Source of the DNA: a virus
Length of the DNA stretch: 64,000 nt
Reading direction: 5' to 3' (one strand)
Virus record (IMG/VR): IMGVR_UViG_3300035310_000070
Part shown: positions 1 through 9,284 of the stretch, in pieces
Layout of the letters: each line of letters begins with the position of its first letter
Numbering within the stretch: position 1 is the first letter of the stretch
Made by a program: the position numbers and the translations under genes
Notes under the pieces: generated by a model
What the model was told of the DNA's origin: nothing
The model's input: the letters and a program-made list of their open reading frames with translations, nothing else
Databases searched by the model: none

Positions 1-163
1 CCAATTCGTTTGGAATCGCTATCCCATACAGCATGGGCGGATTCCGGCTCGCCTTGCCCCAGCTATCTTGTTAAGGTGCCTGGCCAGGTTCCTAAGCTGG
101 CCAGATAGGAAATTTTGAAGCTGGCACTAACGTACCACGTACATGAACGAGTGTCAAAGACGA

Positions 164-192
164 TTGTGTATATTACTACAATGTGGTATCAT
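164..192 (+). promoter_or_regulatory. Candidate sigma70-like promoter
   Basis: TTGTGT-17 bp-TATCAT upstream of the repeat leader and ORF 539. Confidence 0.4.
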
Positions 193-278
193 GGCGGGAT
201 AGCCGTTAGGCATGAACAGGGTTAGACGGTCTTTGTGATGAGCCAGTACTGAGGCTACAGAGACGACGGCCTGAGGGG

Positions 279-469
279 GTTGCTGAGGCGGTGCTGAGCA
301 GTTGCTGAGGTGGTGTTCAAGTGTCTCAGCAGTTGTTGCTGCTGAGGGGGATTGTTCAGCAGTTGCTAAGGTACTTCGGCAAGTTGCTCAAGTAGTTGAG
401 CCAGCCTCTGGCAAAGCAGTTGCTCAGCAAGGCTAAGCCGTGCACGGGTGGGCTCATTAGTTGCTAAGG
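279..469 (+). repeat. Iteron/operator-like GTTGCTNAG repeats
   Basis: GTTGCT(G/A/C)A(G/A) copies start at 279, 301, 362, 383, 419 and 460; about 11 CTNAG sites in 240 bp. Confidence 0.6.
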
Positions 470-538
470 TGGGCCTGGGGCGGATAACTGGCTGGGCGGC
501 GGTGCGGTCAAACATAGGGAGTCCATAGGGAGAATTAG

Positions 539-1855
539 ATGGCCTTGCCACTAGGTAAAGGTAGAGGCGTAGGGCGCGTCCGTACCCCCGCTTTGATTCG
601 TGACTACTTTACTGGCGACGGACCCTTTGCTGAGGACCCGCCTGAGGAGCTTGCTCAAAGGCGTATTGAGGGAGCTTACGTTGCTAAGGTCCACCAGCGT
701 GTTAAGCAGTATATTAAGCAAGTGAGCAAAGAGCTGCGCTTCAAGTACCAGTGGCCTCGCCGGCATAGCTTTAACGCCCGGATCAATGACTTACTACTAC
801 TGGGACTACTTGTTAAGACTGGTGAGGCCGCTCCTGAGAAAGTAGAGCCCCAGCAACGGGGTGCTGGTCAGCTAGGGAGCGCCGGGGGCTTTTCCAAAAA
901 ACTGTGGGTCCGGTTGGCTCCCGGAGCGGATACACGGCCTGAGTGGGCGGACCTGATGGGCTACATCGACCGTTACTACATGGAGAAGGCCTTAGCTGAA
1001 GGCCGCCCGCCCCCCAATATTAGGCCACAGCGTAGAGAGTTGGCTACAGCGCTGCAGCCAGTTGGTCAAGTAGCTGAGCCGGTGCTAAGGCGGCCAAGGC
1101 GGCGTGCTCAAGTATCTGAAGTGACACCTGAAGTGCTTGAAGTAGTGCGACAGTTTGAGGAGCGGCGTGTGGTGCTCAGGAGAGCCGCTGCGGCGCTCTC
1201 AATTAGCGGCGTCAACGCTACAAACTTTGAGACTGTTGGGAGGGCCACTGGAGAGTTCTACACTCAGGTGTTGCGCGTGTACGGGACGACCCCGTTCCCG
1301 GACCTACCAGAGGCCCTGGAGTTCCTTCAGAACTGCGTGCGGAATCTCCAGGCAGAAACCGAGATGACCCAACGGCGAGTCCAGGCGGTCAACTTCTGCC
1401 GTGAGTCCGCCCGGCGGGTGGCTGAGGCGATCTCACGTCCTCTTGAGCCACCTGAGGCGGGCCCGGAAGCGCCGGAGCAGGCGCCCCGGGCAGCAGCTCC
1501 TCCCCGGAGGGTCCGGCGCACTCGAGCTGCGGCTTCCACACCAGCGCCGGCCGCTGAACCCGTGGCGCCGCCGGTGGAGACTCTCACCGGGTTGACAGTT
1601 GTGGAGGAGGCTCATGCTCGTCTCAAGGATATGCGCCCCAATGTCAAGTCAGGCGAGCGCGCTCTTGATAAGCTAGAAACGCAGGGAGTCGAGGTGGGAG
1701 AGGCCCGAGAGAAGCTGGAGGAGTATCAGGCTATCACCCGCGATGACTACGAAGGCGGTAGAGAGGGAGCCGAGGAATATCGGAACGCTCGTGAGGAAGC
1801 CTGGACTGATTTCCTCGATACCTTGGAGAGCACCGAGCCACCAGAGGAGGAATGA
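539..1855 (+). CDS. Hypothetical protein with possible winged-helix N-terminus and Pro/Ala/Glu-rich C-terminus
   Basis: 438-aa ORF; RHSFNARINDLLLLGLLVKTG resembles a wHTH recognition helix and wing. Confidence 0.7.
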   Translation: MALPLGKGRGVGRVRTPALIRDYFTGDGPFAEDPPEELAQRRIEGAYVAKVHQRVKQYIKQVSKELRFKYQWPRRHSFNARINDLLLLGLLVKTGEAAPEKVEPQQRGAGQLGSAGGFSKKLWVRLAPGADTRPEWADLMGYIDRYYMEKALAEGRPPPNIRPQRRELATALQPVGQVAEPVLRRPRRRAQVSEVTPEVLEVVRQFEERRVVLRRAAAALSISGVNATNFETVGRATGEFYTQVLRVYGTTPFPDLPEALEFLQNCVRNLQAETEMTQRRVQAVNFCRESARRVAEAISRPLEPPEAGPEAPEQAPRAAAPPRRVRRTRAAASTPAPAAEPVAPPVETLTGLTVVEEAHARLKDMRPNVKSGERALDKLETQGVEVGEAREKLEEYQAITRDDYEGGREGAEEYRNAREEAWTDFLDTLESTEPPEEE

Positions 1856-1879
1856 TAATGCCGTTCGAAGTGCCTTGCG

Positions 1880-2875
1880 ATGGAGGTGTTTGCTTTGTCT
1901 AAGCGGCTTCTGGATTACGCCTCCGGTTTCGCCGCCTACATGCAGTCCGGCACGAACCTGTCTGAGCGGACCAGGCAGCTATACGCCTACGAGCTCACCC
2001 TTTTCGCTCGGAATGTAGAGAACCCTTTACTAACCGAGTTGTCGCCCCAAACCTTGCTCCAATGGAACCAGATGCTTTACGACGCCGGCGCCGCTGTCAA
2101 CACGATCAGCAGCAAGCACTCCGCTGTGAAAAAGTTCCTCGACTACCTGGAAGAGTTTCCGGAGGACAAGGAAACCGGTGAGCACGCCGGGCGGCTTCTC
2201 CGGTCCTTAAAACGGCTTCACACTCCAAGGGACCGGGAACCCCCCAGGAAACCCTTCTCTCTGGATGAAGGGCAGGTGTCCAAGATGCTGCAGGCGGCCG
2301 GAGCGCGCCTGGGCAGGGGGCCAAGAGACCGGGCCATGGTCCATCTGCTCTGGGCAGCGGGGATAAGACGCGCCGAACTTAGAGACCTGCTCCTGGATGA
2401 TTTAGACATGTCCGAGCGGCTGGCCACCGTCACAGGTAAGGGCGCAAAGACCCGAACTATAGTCTATGATGCTGATTGCAAAGAGGACCTGGTGAAGTGG
2501 CTGGAACTCCGGCTGTATTGGCGGGTCCCGACCGATGAGCAGCATGTTTTCGTGTCGGTCCAGGGCGGACCTCTGGCTCTAAACTACATTGGCGAGATGG
2601 TCCGGGAGATAGCCAAGGAAGCCGGCCTACGCAAAGAGGTCTGGACCCATTTGTTCAGGCACACCAGGGTCACCGCTTTGCTAAACAAGGGGATGGCGCT
2701 GCAGGAGGTGGCCAGCTTCGTTGGGCATACGAATGTTCAAACTACCATGGGGTACTACCATCAGGACACGGGCCGATTGAAGGATAGCTACGACCGGGCG
2801 ATGAAGCCAAAAAGAACGAAGGGAGCGCCCGCCCATACCACGGAGGAACCAACACCTGATGACGACCCAGAGTGA
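1880..2875 (+). CDS. Tyrosine recombinase/integrase (XerC/D-like)
   Basis: Catalytic R (GIRRAE), K (GKG), HxxR (HLFRH), GH and Y (MGYY); N-terminal SAM-like domain. Confidence 0.95.
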   Translation: MEVFALSKRLLDYASGFAAYMQSGTNLSERTRQLYAYELTLFARNVENPLLTELSPQTLLQWNQMLYDAGAAVNTISSKHSAVKKFLDYLEEFPEDKETGEHAGRLLRSLKRLHTPRDREPPRKPFSLDEGQVSKMLQAAGARLGRGPRDRAMVHLLWAAGIRRAELRDLLLDDLDMSERLATVTGKGAKTRTIVYDADCKEDLVKWLELRLYWRVPTDEQHVFVSVQGGPLALNYIGEMVREIAKEAGLRKEVWTHLFRHTRVTALLNKGMALQEVASFVGHTNVQTTMGYYHQDTGRLKDSYDRAMKPKRTKGAPAHTTEEPTPDDDPE

Positions 2876-3227
2876 ATCAGAAGGACTCCGCCGCCGCCTG
2901 GTGGATGTATTAAAGGAACGGCTGTCTGAACTTCAAGACGATGAGGTCAGGCGGACGAACTTACAAACGAATAACCGTGACCCGCTGATAGGACCTCAGT
3001 GCGGCCAGTGCGGCGAGGAGAGTTTTCGTTTCCTGGAGGGCAAGTGTATCCGGTGCTGGAGGGCGGATAGTGCGGCTGCAGTCGCGGACATGGAGGCGGT
3101 GGCATTGGCCAGGGCGGGAGCGGCGGCGGCTGAAAAAGAGCGATACGAATTTGATGGAACCATGACGCTGAAGAATGCACGACGTGCACTTGGCATTGTT
3201 ACCACTAAACGACAGAAGCAGAGGTGA
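2859..3227 (+). CDS. Hypothetical Zn-ribbon protein
   Basis: CGQC...CIRC; overlaps the integrase 3' end. Confidence 0.7.
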   Translation: MTTQSESEGLRRRLVDVLKERLSELQDDEVRRTNLQTNNRDPLIGPQCGQCGEESFRFLEGKCIRCWRADSAAAVADMEAVALARAGAAAAEKERYEFDGTMTLKNARRALGIVTTKRQKQR

Positions 3228-3230
3228 CGA

Positions 3231-3464
3231 GTGGAAATCAAAATTGAAAGCGCGATCGGGCTCTGTGAGGAGTTCATGGAGAACGTTGGTGGGAAAAAGA
3301 TTCCCGTCTCCATCGTCATATCCCCACTCAAGATCAGCGGCAACGAATCGGCCTTGCAGGTTACCAGTGGGTGCAATATGTGGCAAGCGTGTAGAAACCA
3401 GCGGTGCCATTTTAGCTCTGAGGCTCGAAAATTGCCCAAAGTGAAGGGGCCGGGAACTTACTGA
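3231..3464 (+). CDS. Small Cys-containing hypothetical protein
   Basis: GAGG RBS; CNMWQACRNQRC. Confidence 0.6.
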   Translation: MEIKIESAIGLCEEFMENVGGKKIPVSIVISPLKISGNESALQVTSGCNMWQACRNQRCHFSSEARKLPKVKGPGTY

Positions 3465-3521
3465 CCCGACCCCTTATTTGATACGCAGCCCGGGACTTGC
3501 TATTGCGGGTTTAAGGGGAGG

Positions 3522-3785
3522 TTATACGACTCGCCCATCCTTCCGCCTGTGGGTCTTTTTCTTGCCTCCAGGAACGCCACCACACGCGCCGACGTTGGAC
3601 TGCATGATCTGGCGCGCCTGCAACACGCTGGTGGCCGGCCTGAGGTGCCCTCCCATACAGCGAGCGTAGAAATTGACCCGGCCGGTGTGGGCGATGATCG
3701 GGATCCCGAGGAGCTGGCGTGCATCGTGCAGTGCCAACCCCCCCACTACGTTGTAGCGTTTCTTTGAAGCCTGCCTTTTCGCCAT
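3522..3785 (-). CDS. Small basic hypothetical protein
   Basis: GGAGG RBS upstream of the ATG. Confidence 0.6.
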   Translation of the reverse strand: MAKRQASKKRYNVVGGLALHDARQLLGIPIIAHTGRVNFYARCMGGHLRPATSVLQARQIMQSNVGACGGVPGGKKKTHRRKDGRVV

Positions 3786-3936
3786 TTTGATTCCTCCGTT
3801 TTACGTTTGGATTTAGTGTGTAATGCTTGAAAGTTTGCGTTTTGCGTAATCCTGGAACTCCGCCCATGTTAAAGAAGTCTTGACCGGCTGCCCCAGCAGC
3901 CGCTGGGTATCGGCCCACGAGATGGGCCCACCCAGC

Positions 3937-4293
3937 CTATACCGCTTCCGGACTGGCTTCCTCTTCATCCTCGGCCACGAAGCTTTGTGTAAAGCAGTCT
4001 AGCCGTTGGAGTTCCTCACGTATCCCCGGGCTGGCATCGCCTTTGATTATATCCATTGTCTTGGCGATTGTCGAGATGTCGCCGGTTTCATAGGCCTCTG
4101 AAAGTTTGCGAGCTGCCTCGGAGGCCTTGGCCTCTTCCAGGACTCCTAGATAGAGGCTGGCAAGCGGTTCAACCTGGCATGGCCTGCAGGTCCCGTTAGG
4201 GCCAAACTCCTGGGAGAAGTATTCCTCTAGGGGTTCGATTGTGCTCAGGTCGCACTCTCCAAGATATTCAGTGGGTTCCTGTGATTTCTCCAT
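3937..4293 (-). CDS. Hypothetical acidic protein
   Basis: 118-aa ORF in the leftward block; CxxC motif. Confidence 0.7.
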   Translation of the reverse strand: MEKSQEPTEYLGECDLSTIEPLEEYFSQEFGPNGTCRPCQVEPLASLYLGVLEEAKASEAARKLSEAYETGDISTIAKTMDIIKGDASPGIREELQRLDCFTQSFVAEDEEEASPEAV

Positions 4294-4295
4294 GG

Positions 4296-4484
4296 TCAGC
4301 GTCCCCTCCCGGCCTTCTTTATCGGCGTAAACAGCTTCCCCTGCTTGAGCAATGCGAGCGTTTTCCGCATCGTGACCAGGTCCAACTTGAGCGGGGGGAC
4401 CTTTCTACGCCGGCTGACTGGGCTCATCATCGTGTTATAAAGACCAGAGTATTTGCTGAAGGTCGACCCCAGGAGTGTGGCCAT
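4296..4484 (-). CDS. Small basic hypothetical protein
   Basis: Fills the gap between neighbours; start uncertain. Confidence 0.4.
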   Translation of the reverse strand: MATLLGSTFSKYSGLYNTMMSPVSRRRKVPPLKLDLVTMRKTLALLKQGKLFTPIKKAGRGR

Positions 4485-4854
4485 TGCTCGCTGGAGCTAT
4501 CTGATGGACCGGGCAGAAGCCCCGATCCCTCTTTGCCTGGTTGCAGTTGGCGCAGAGAATCTGAAACTTGGTTTTGTCCCATCCGCTCCGCCATGCTTCC
4601 AACAACGCGCTACTCATTGACCCCTTTTCTCGGCCATGTATGTGGTCGATGGTAAGAAAGAGAAGCTCCGAGACCTCACAGCCAGGGCAGGCACACTTGT
4701 TTCCTAGAATCCGCAGCGCGTCAGCCCTCAGGGTCGCGTAACGGGCCAGTGCGTAGGCCCGGTTGTGGGCATTTCGGTGCTCACGGTTAGAATGACGATA
4801 GGCTGGGCCGTGGAGCCGGTCCCAGGCCCTCTGCTTTTCTTTATTGCGGGACAT
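4435..4854 (-). CDS. HNH endonuclease
   Basis: CACPGC...LTIDHIHG...LCANCNQAK. Confidence 0.85.
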   Translation of the reverse strand: MSRNKEKQRAWDRLHGPAYRHSNREHRNAHNRAYALARYATLRADALRILGNKCACPGCEVSELLFLTIDHIHGREKGSMSSALLEAWRSGWDKTKFQILCANCNQAKRDRGFCPVHQIAPASNGHTPGVDLQQILWSL

Positions 4855-4885
4855 TTATTTTCCTTGTCGCACCTGCTTTTTAGAC

Positions 4886-5365
4886 TCACCTATGGCCGCC
4901 GCAACGCCGTCCCAAGTCCCACGTCTGATCCGACAGTTCCTTCAGACGCGGCGCCAGGGCTGCGGCTGCCTCAGAGCTCTTTACCTCGGGAAGTTCCTGG
5001 GCTACGGCGCGCATCTCCCGGGCCAGTTCGCCCTGCCCCATCCGGGCGGCCCCAGCGGCACCCTCCTCCAGGCGGTCTTTCCCGACTCGCAGGACCCCGA
5101 AGCCGCTCTTTCCCTCAGCCAGGTTGACCAGATAGCCATGAACCAAGAGGCAAGCATCCGCGGCCCTACACCCTGGACCTCCCGGGTACATGACACCTGG
5201 GGTCACAGCTTTGAGCTGGGGCTGAGGCCGGACGGGCGGCGCGACACGAACAGGCGCCCTGGGCTCCTCTTCAGGCTCCTCGACCATCCAGCGAGGAACT
5301 GGGGGCCCCTGCCAAGGCAGCAAGGGTAGCCAGCTACTAGGGTCTCTGTCCTTTAGGCTGGTCAT
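4886..5365 (-). CDS. Hypothetical protein
   Basis: 159-aa ORF coupled to the upstream gene. Confidence 0.65.
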   Translation of the reverse strand: MTSLKDRDPSSWLPLLPWQGPPVPRWMVEEPEEEPRAPVRVAPPVRPQPQLKAVTPGVMYPGGPGCRAADACLLVHGYLVNLAEGKSGFGVLRVGKDRLEEGAAGAARMGQGELAREMRAVAQELPEVKSSEAAAALAPRLKELSDQTWDLGRRCGGHR

Positions 5366-5613
5366 GGAACCGGTCGCCTCCCTCGAAAGGGGGACGCCTG
5401 GAGACGTGCTTTAACAGCTTCTTTGAGAGTGCTGGCCCCGTCCATAACTGTGCGGCTGAGGTCATCCGCTACCTCCCCCGCCCTGGTCCCCTGCTCCTGC
5501 AGGTCCTGGATACTTTTCAGGAGGGCATCAAGGGGGGCGCTCGGGTCTGGTAATTTGGGCAAACTTGGGAAGCCGGGGAATTTAGTGCCTCGGGGTTTGG
5601 GGGCGTCCGTCAT
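5362..5613 (-). CDS. Pro-rich hypothetical protein
   Basis: 83-aa ORF with translational coupling. Confidence 0.6.
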   Translation of the reverse strand: MTDAPKPRGTKFPGFPSLPKLPDPSAPLDALLKSIQDLQEQGTRAGEVADDLSRTVMDGASTLKEAVKARLQASPFRGRRPVP

Positions 5614-5614
5614 G

Positions 5615-6970
5615 TCAGCTCCTGGGTTGGCGGCCTGCCATTGCTAGTATCCTATCCTCAACGGCACGGGCCCCGGCGATCTGCTGGGCGGTCTCCATCG
5701 GATTATCAGATGCAGGTTGCATAGAGGACGGGGGCGCATTTGGGAGCGATAAAATAGGCATCTGACCTTTGCCGACCTGCTCCCGAATGCCCTTCAGCTC
5801 GTCCTTTATCCCGCTGCCGAGCTCTTGTAGCCGCGATCCCAACACAGGAAGGCCTGCAGAGATCAGGTCCTCAGTGGTCTTACCGGTCGGCTCAGTGTTA
5901 AGTTTTTGGCTGACCGTAATGAGCTCATTACGTAAAGCGTCGACCGTGCCTAGCAACTGGGCTTCCCGTTGACTCGCGATGGTTTCGCTCAGGGCCTGCA
6001 CTTTCTCGGCCAGTTGGTCCCTCTGTGAGGTTGCGGTATTAGCGCTCCCTCGCTGGAGCTCCTCACCCAATCCCTTTAACATGTCGCTGAACTCTTTGAA
6101 CGTGCTATCAACCTTGAGAGCAACGGCGTTGATCTGGGCTTGCAGTACAGCGTCCCGGTCCTTTTCCCGCTGTTCCTGCTGCTCCTTGACCCTTGCGGCC
6201 CGCTCGGCTTGGAGTTCCCCCAGTATACCATCACCCTGCTTCTGGAGGGTATCGACCTGTTTCTGGAGGGCAACCACGAGAGGGTTTTCCTCTAAACCAT
6301 GGGGATCCTGCACCCCCGGCCGTGAGTATCGAGGGTCATAGGCAAAAGGTTCAACCGGCCAGGGAGGTAGATAACCGGGTCGCGGGGGTGGCCAGAACTG
6401 GGGACCCCCGCGGAATGACCCTTGACCCCCATGGAAATAGGGTGGGTCTGAGGACTCTTGCGCGTTTGGGAACATTTCCTGGATCACCAAGGGAAGCAAG
6501 CCTCGGAGTTTAGGGGGAATATGGGTACTGATGAAGTTGGCGAGGTTATACTGATTCTCGCTGATCTGGCTGAAACTGCGGTAGCCCGTCACGATGGCCT
6601 GCCGGTTGAGAAGTGGGACCCCGATCCCGATGAGCAATTGGTCCAGGTGGGCGCCCTCGTCGTCTCCATCAAGAGCCGGAGCACTCACCCTGGCGCCTGG
6701 TTCAACAACGAAACTTCGAGGCGCTGCCGGTGTAGACGCTGCCGGTGTTGAATCGGTTGGGACGGTCCCGGGAGCAGGGTCCCTCGGAGGCTGCTCCCGG
6801 GGGGTCCGGCGTCCCTTAGGTGGGTCGGCTATTTTGGTACCCTCGGGGACCTGGTCGACCAAGAAAGTCTCCGACGCTGGCCTCGGTTCGTCTCGGTGCG
6901 CGTGCAGCCAGTGGCCCTGAAACTGGCGGGCCTCACGATATGCGATTTGGTGGACTGTGCAATAATACAT
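5615..6970 (-). CDS. Pro-rich coiled-coil protein with N-terminal C2H2-like finger
   Basis: YCTVH...HWLHAH; long heptad region. Confidence 0.8.
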   Translation of the reverse strand: MYYCTVHQIAYREARQFQGHWLHAHRDEPRPASETFLVDQVPEGTKIADPPKGRRTPREQPPRDPAPGTVPTDSTPAASTPAAPRSFVVEPGARVSAPALDGDDEGAHLDQLLIGIGVPLLNRQAIVTGYRSFSQISENQYNLANFISTHIPPKLRGLLPLVIQEMFPNAQESSDPPYFHGGQGSFRGGPQFWPPPRPGYLPPWPVEPFAYDPRYSRPGVQDPHGLEENPLVVALQKQVDTLQKQGDGILGELQAERAARVKEQQEQREKDRDAVLQAQINAVALKVDSTFKEFSDMLKGLGEELQRGSANTATSQRDQLAEKVQALSETIASQREAQLLGTVDALRNELITVSQKLNTEPTGKTTEDLISAGLPVLGSRLQELGSGIKDELKGIREQVGKGQMPILSLPNAPPSSMQPASDNPMETAQQIAGARAVEDRILAMAGRQPRS

Positions 6971-6972
6971 GC

Positions 6973-7164
6973 CTAACCTCTCCGGTTCTTAATCTCTTCG
7001 AGACAGGCGGTAATATCACGATTAAGCAAGGCCCAGATGTACGCTCCCAGGTCGACCGGCCCTGCAGGGTCGGTCTGACCGCTCCTGAGCCGCGCCACTT
7101 GTTCCACCATCTCTGCCTGGTCAGGGAGCAGTTGGATTGTTAAGGTTCTTCTCTCCATCACCAT
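6973..7164 (-). CDS. Ribbon-helix-helix-like small regulator
   Basis: TLTIQL beta strand followed by two helices. Confidence 0.55.
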   Translation of the reverse strand: MVMERRTLTIQLLPDQAEMVEQVARLRSGQTDPAGPVDLGAYIWALLNRDITACLEEIKNRRG

Positions 7165-7174
7165 GGCCAGCCCC

Positions 7175-7203
7175 TTGCGAAAGAGTCATTTCGATTATAG
7201 TAT
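7175..7203 (+). promoter_or_regulatory. Candidate promoter of the rightward lipid/structural operon
   Basis: TTGCGA-17 bp-TAGTAT in the divergent junction. Confidence 0.5.
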
Positions 7204-7216
7204 AAGAGACCAGGAA

Positions 7217-7453
7217 ATGGTAGAACCTTATATAACCGACGTAAAGGCATGGCTGGACCCTGAAGTTCCAGCGCAAGAGGGGGAACCCACTCCCCACGCC
7301 ATCGAGGGGGTCATCCCCAGGCTCTGCCGTGGCTGTGATGAGCCCCTGCCTCCGGATCGGAAAAGCTTCCACAACAAAGTTTGCCAGGGCGCCTGGCTGG
7401 GCAGAAACAGCGGGACGGCTAAGACGCTCAAAGCGAGTGGTAGCCCTCATTGA
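7217..7453 (+). CDS. Small Zn-finger protein
   Basis: AGGA RBS; CRGC...HNKVC. Confidence 0.55.
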   Translation: MVEPYITDVKAWLDPEVPAQEGEPTPHAIEGVIPRLCRGCDEPLPPDRKSFHNKVCQGAWLGRNSGTAKTLKASGSPH

Positions 7454-8235
7454 AGACAATTCTTTCAGCCTCGGTGAAGGGTGGTGTTGGGAAAACGACC
7501 GTTGCGGTCGGCCTTGCCCAAGCCCTCAACCGCAAGGGGTTCCGGGTCGGGGTCCTCGACCTGGACTACCGGGCCCCGTGTGTGCCAATCGTCTTGAACG
7601 CTGAGGATTTGGTTCTTGGCCGGACCGAAGAAGACGCGTTGGTCCCGGTCCAGGTGGACGGGCTTTACATGTTCAGCATGGCTTTTATATGGCCGGCCAG
7701 CAAATGTGTTCAAGTTGAGGATTCCGACGCCGCGGATGATGTCCGTCAGCTCTTGGCCCCTGGGGTGATCGCTTGGCCGAAACTGGACTTTCTGGTCTGT
7801 GACACGCCCCCCACGAGTTCGGGCATAGTACGGGTCGCCCTGGAGAGTTCCGAGGCCGCTGGCGCGGTGGTGATTTCCCACCCCAGTCGCGTAAGCCGGG
7901 CCGATACCCTCAGAACCTTGGACCTTTTCTCAGAGAAGCAGGTTCCGGTCTTCGGACTGGTCTCTAACCAAGGTGTTGACGAGCGCGGCGAAAATCGGTT
8001 TGACCTCCAGGACCAGGATATCCGGGACCTGGCCGCGCGGTACAACATCCCCTGGTGTTTTTGCATCCCGCACACCCGGCAGTTGGGACCTCATTTCGAT
8101 GAGCTCGCCGAGCTTATTTTGGCAACCAGCCCGGTCCTTCTGACAAAGACCAAAGAGCCTCAAGGAGCAGCATGGGACAAGATCATGACCTTGGCGAGGC
8201 AACTAACGAAGCCGCCATCGAGCTCAGCAAGATAG
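7450..8235 (+). CDS. Mrp/NBP35 (ApbC)-like P-loop ATPase lacking the CxxC motif
   Basis: KGGVGKTT, DLDYRAP, DFLVCDTPP, VPVFGLVSNQG. Confidence 0.85.
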   Translation: MKTILSASVKGGVGKTTVAVGLAQALNRKGFRVGVLDLDYRAPCVPIVLNAEDLVLGRTEEDALVPVQVDGLYMFSMAFIWPASKCVQVEDSDAADDVRQLLAPGVIAWPKLDFLVCDTPPTSSGIVRVALESSEAAGAVVISHPSRVSRADTLRTLDLFSEKQVPVFGLVSNQGVDERGENRFDLQDQDIRDLAARYNIPWCFCIPHTRQLGPHFDELAELILATSPVLLTKTKEPQGAAWDKIMTLARQLTKPPSSSAR

Positions 8236-8645
8236 AGCAGGTCCAGACCCTGCTGGAAGCCTTTAACATGCTTGAAGGGACCTTCGCCACCCTCGCCACG
8301 GTCGAGGAACTGAAGAGCGCGGAGGGGCGCCGTTGCATCTTGGCCATCACTGGGCTTAACCATCAGAAAGCGGCTTTCTTTTTCGAGGTGTCGGGTGCCC
8401 GGATCCGGCAGGTCCAGCCATTCGAGAATTACAACACCTATATCGCCGCCCCAATCGACTCGGTGATCCGGGTGTTGAAAGGCGTGCTCGATGGGGACGA
8501 AGATGCCTTCACCAATGAGTGGTCCCGAGGCCAGGCGAAGCTCGTGGGGGAGCATAGTATCCATGATGGTCTGCAATTCAATGAGGCCTTCCGGCGCCTG
8601 ACCCGCCTGATCAAAAGATATCGCGCCTTGACCACCAGGGCGTGA
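8172..8645 (+). CDS. SCP2 (sterol/lipid carrier)-like protein
   Basis: C-terminal pattern SVIRVLKG...AFTNEWSRGQAKLVGE resembles the SCP2 G-x-l-k-v-x-G end. Confidence 0.5.
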   Translation: MGQDHDLGEATNEAAIELSKIEQVQTLLEAFNMLEGTFATLATVEELKSAEGRRCILAITGLNHQKAAFFFEVSGARIRQVQPFENYNTYIAAPIDSVIRVLKGVLDGDEDAFTNEWSRGQAKLVGEHSIHDGLQFNEAFRRLTRLIKRYRALTTRA

Positions 8646-9268
8646 CCATGACTCCTCTAGGCTGGGCCTTCCTGTTTACGTCGCTACTCCTGAGCAGCTT
8701 TCTGGCCGCCAACTACCTCGTGGCCCGCGGCGTCCCTTTCCATATCGCCAGGAAAGTGGCACACCTGAGCGCCGGGGTCCCCATTGGACTCTCTCCCATC
8801 GTATTTCCATCGGTATGGTATCCCTGTGGGCTGGTCCTGACTTTCCTGGCCTTGTTGCTGCTGAGTCACCGGTTTGACATCTTGCCCGGGGTATCGAAAC
8901 CGGGGCGCTGGTCCGAGGTTGCCTTCCCCGCGGCGGTTTTGCTGTCTCTTGCCCTGTGGCCGATCTCTCCTTGGGCCGCCGCCCTGCCCGGTCTCTGGGT
9001 TGCCCTGGGCGACGGCGCCGCCGGCCTGGTGCGGGCTCGGGTCTACAAGAAGCCAAGCAAGGGTTTGTGGGGGACGGCAGCCTGTCTGGCGGTATGTCTT
9101 CCCTTTTCGGTTCTGGTGACGCCGTTCTGGCTTGGCCTTGCCGGCGCCGTGGCGTTTACGGCCGCTGAGGGCCTATTCGGAGACGTGGGCCGAATTCATC
9201 TTGACGATAACTTAGCCGCGCCAGTGGCGGCGGCGGCGGTCATGGGCGTCTCGTTGGCGGTGCTGTAA
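8642..9268 (+). CDS. Phytol/dolichol kinase-like membrane protein
   Basis: Multi-TM; RKVAH, GDGAAGLV, SKGLWG and DDNL motifs. Confidence 0.85.
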   Translation: MTMTPLGWAFLFTSLLLSSFLAANYLVARGVPFHIARKVAHLSAGVPIGLSPIVFPSVWYPCGLVLTFLALLLLSHRFDILPGVSKPGRWSEVAFPAAVLLSLALWPISPWAAALPGLWVALGDGAAGLVRARVYKKPSKGLWGTAACLAVCLPFSVLVTPFWLGLAGAVAFTAAEGLFGDVGRIHLDDNLAAPVAAAAVMGVSLAVL

Positions 9269-9284
9269 TGAAGGAGGTTAGTTC

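Noticed and set aside
156-183. dif-like site (TGTATATTA core)
   Set aside because: The XerC and XerD arms match poorly; better explained as a promoter or operator
366-551. Minus-strand ORF with QLL repeats
   Set aside because: Arises from the GTTGCTNAG repeats; one repeat copy gives a stop codon and there is no RBS
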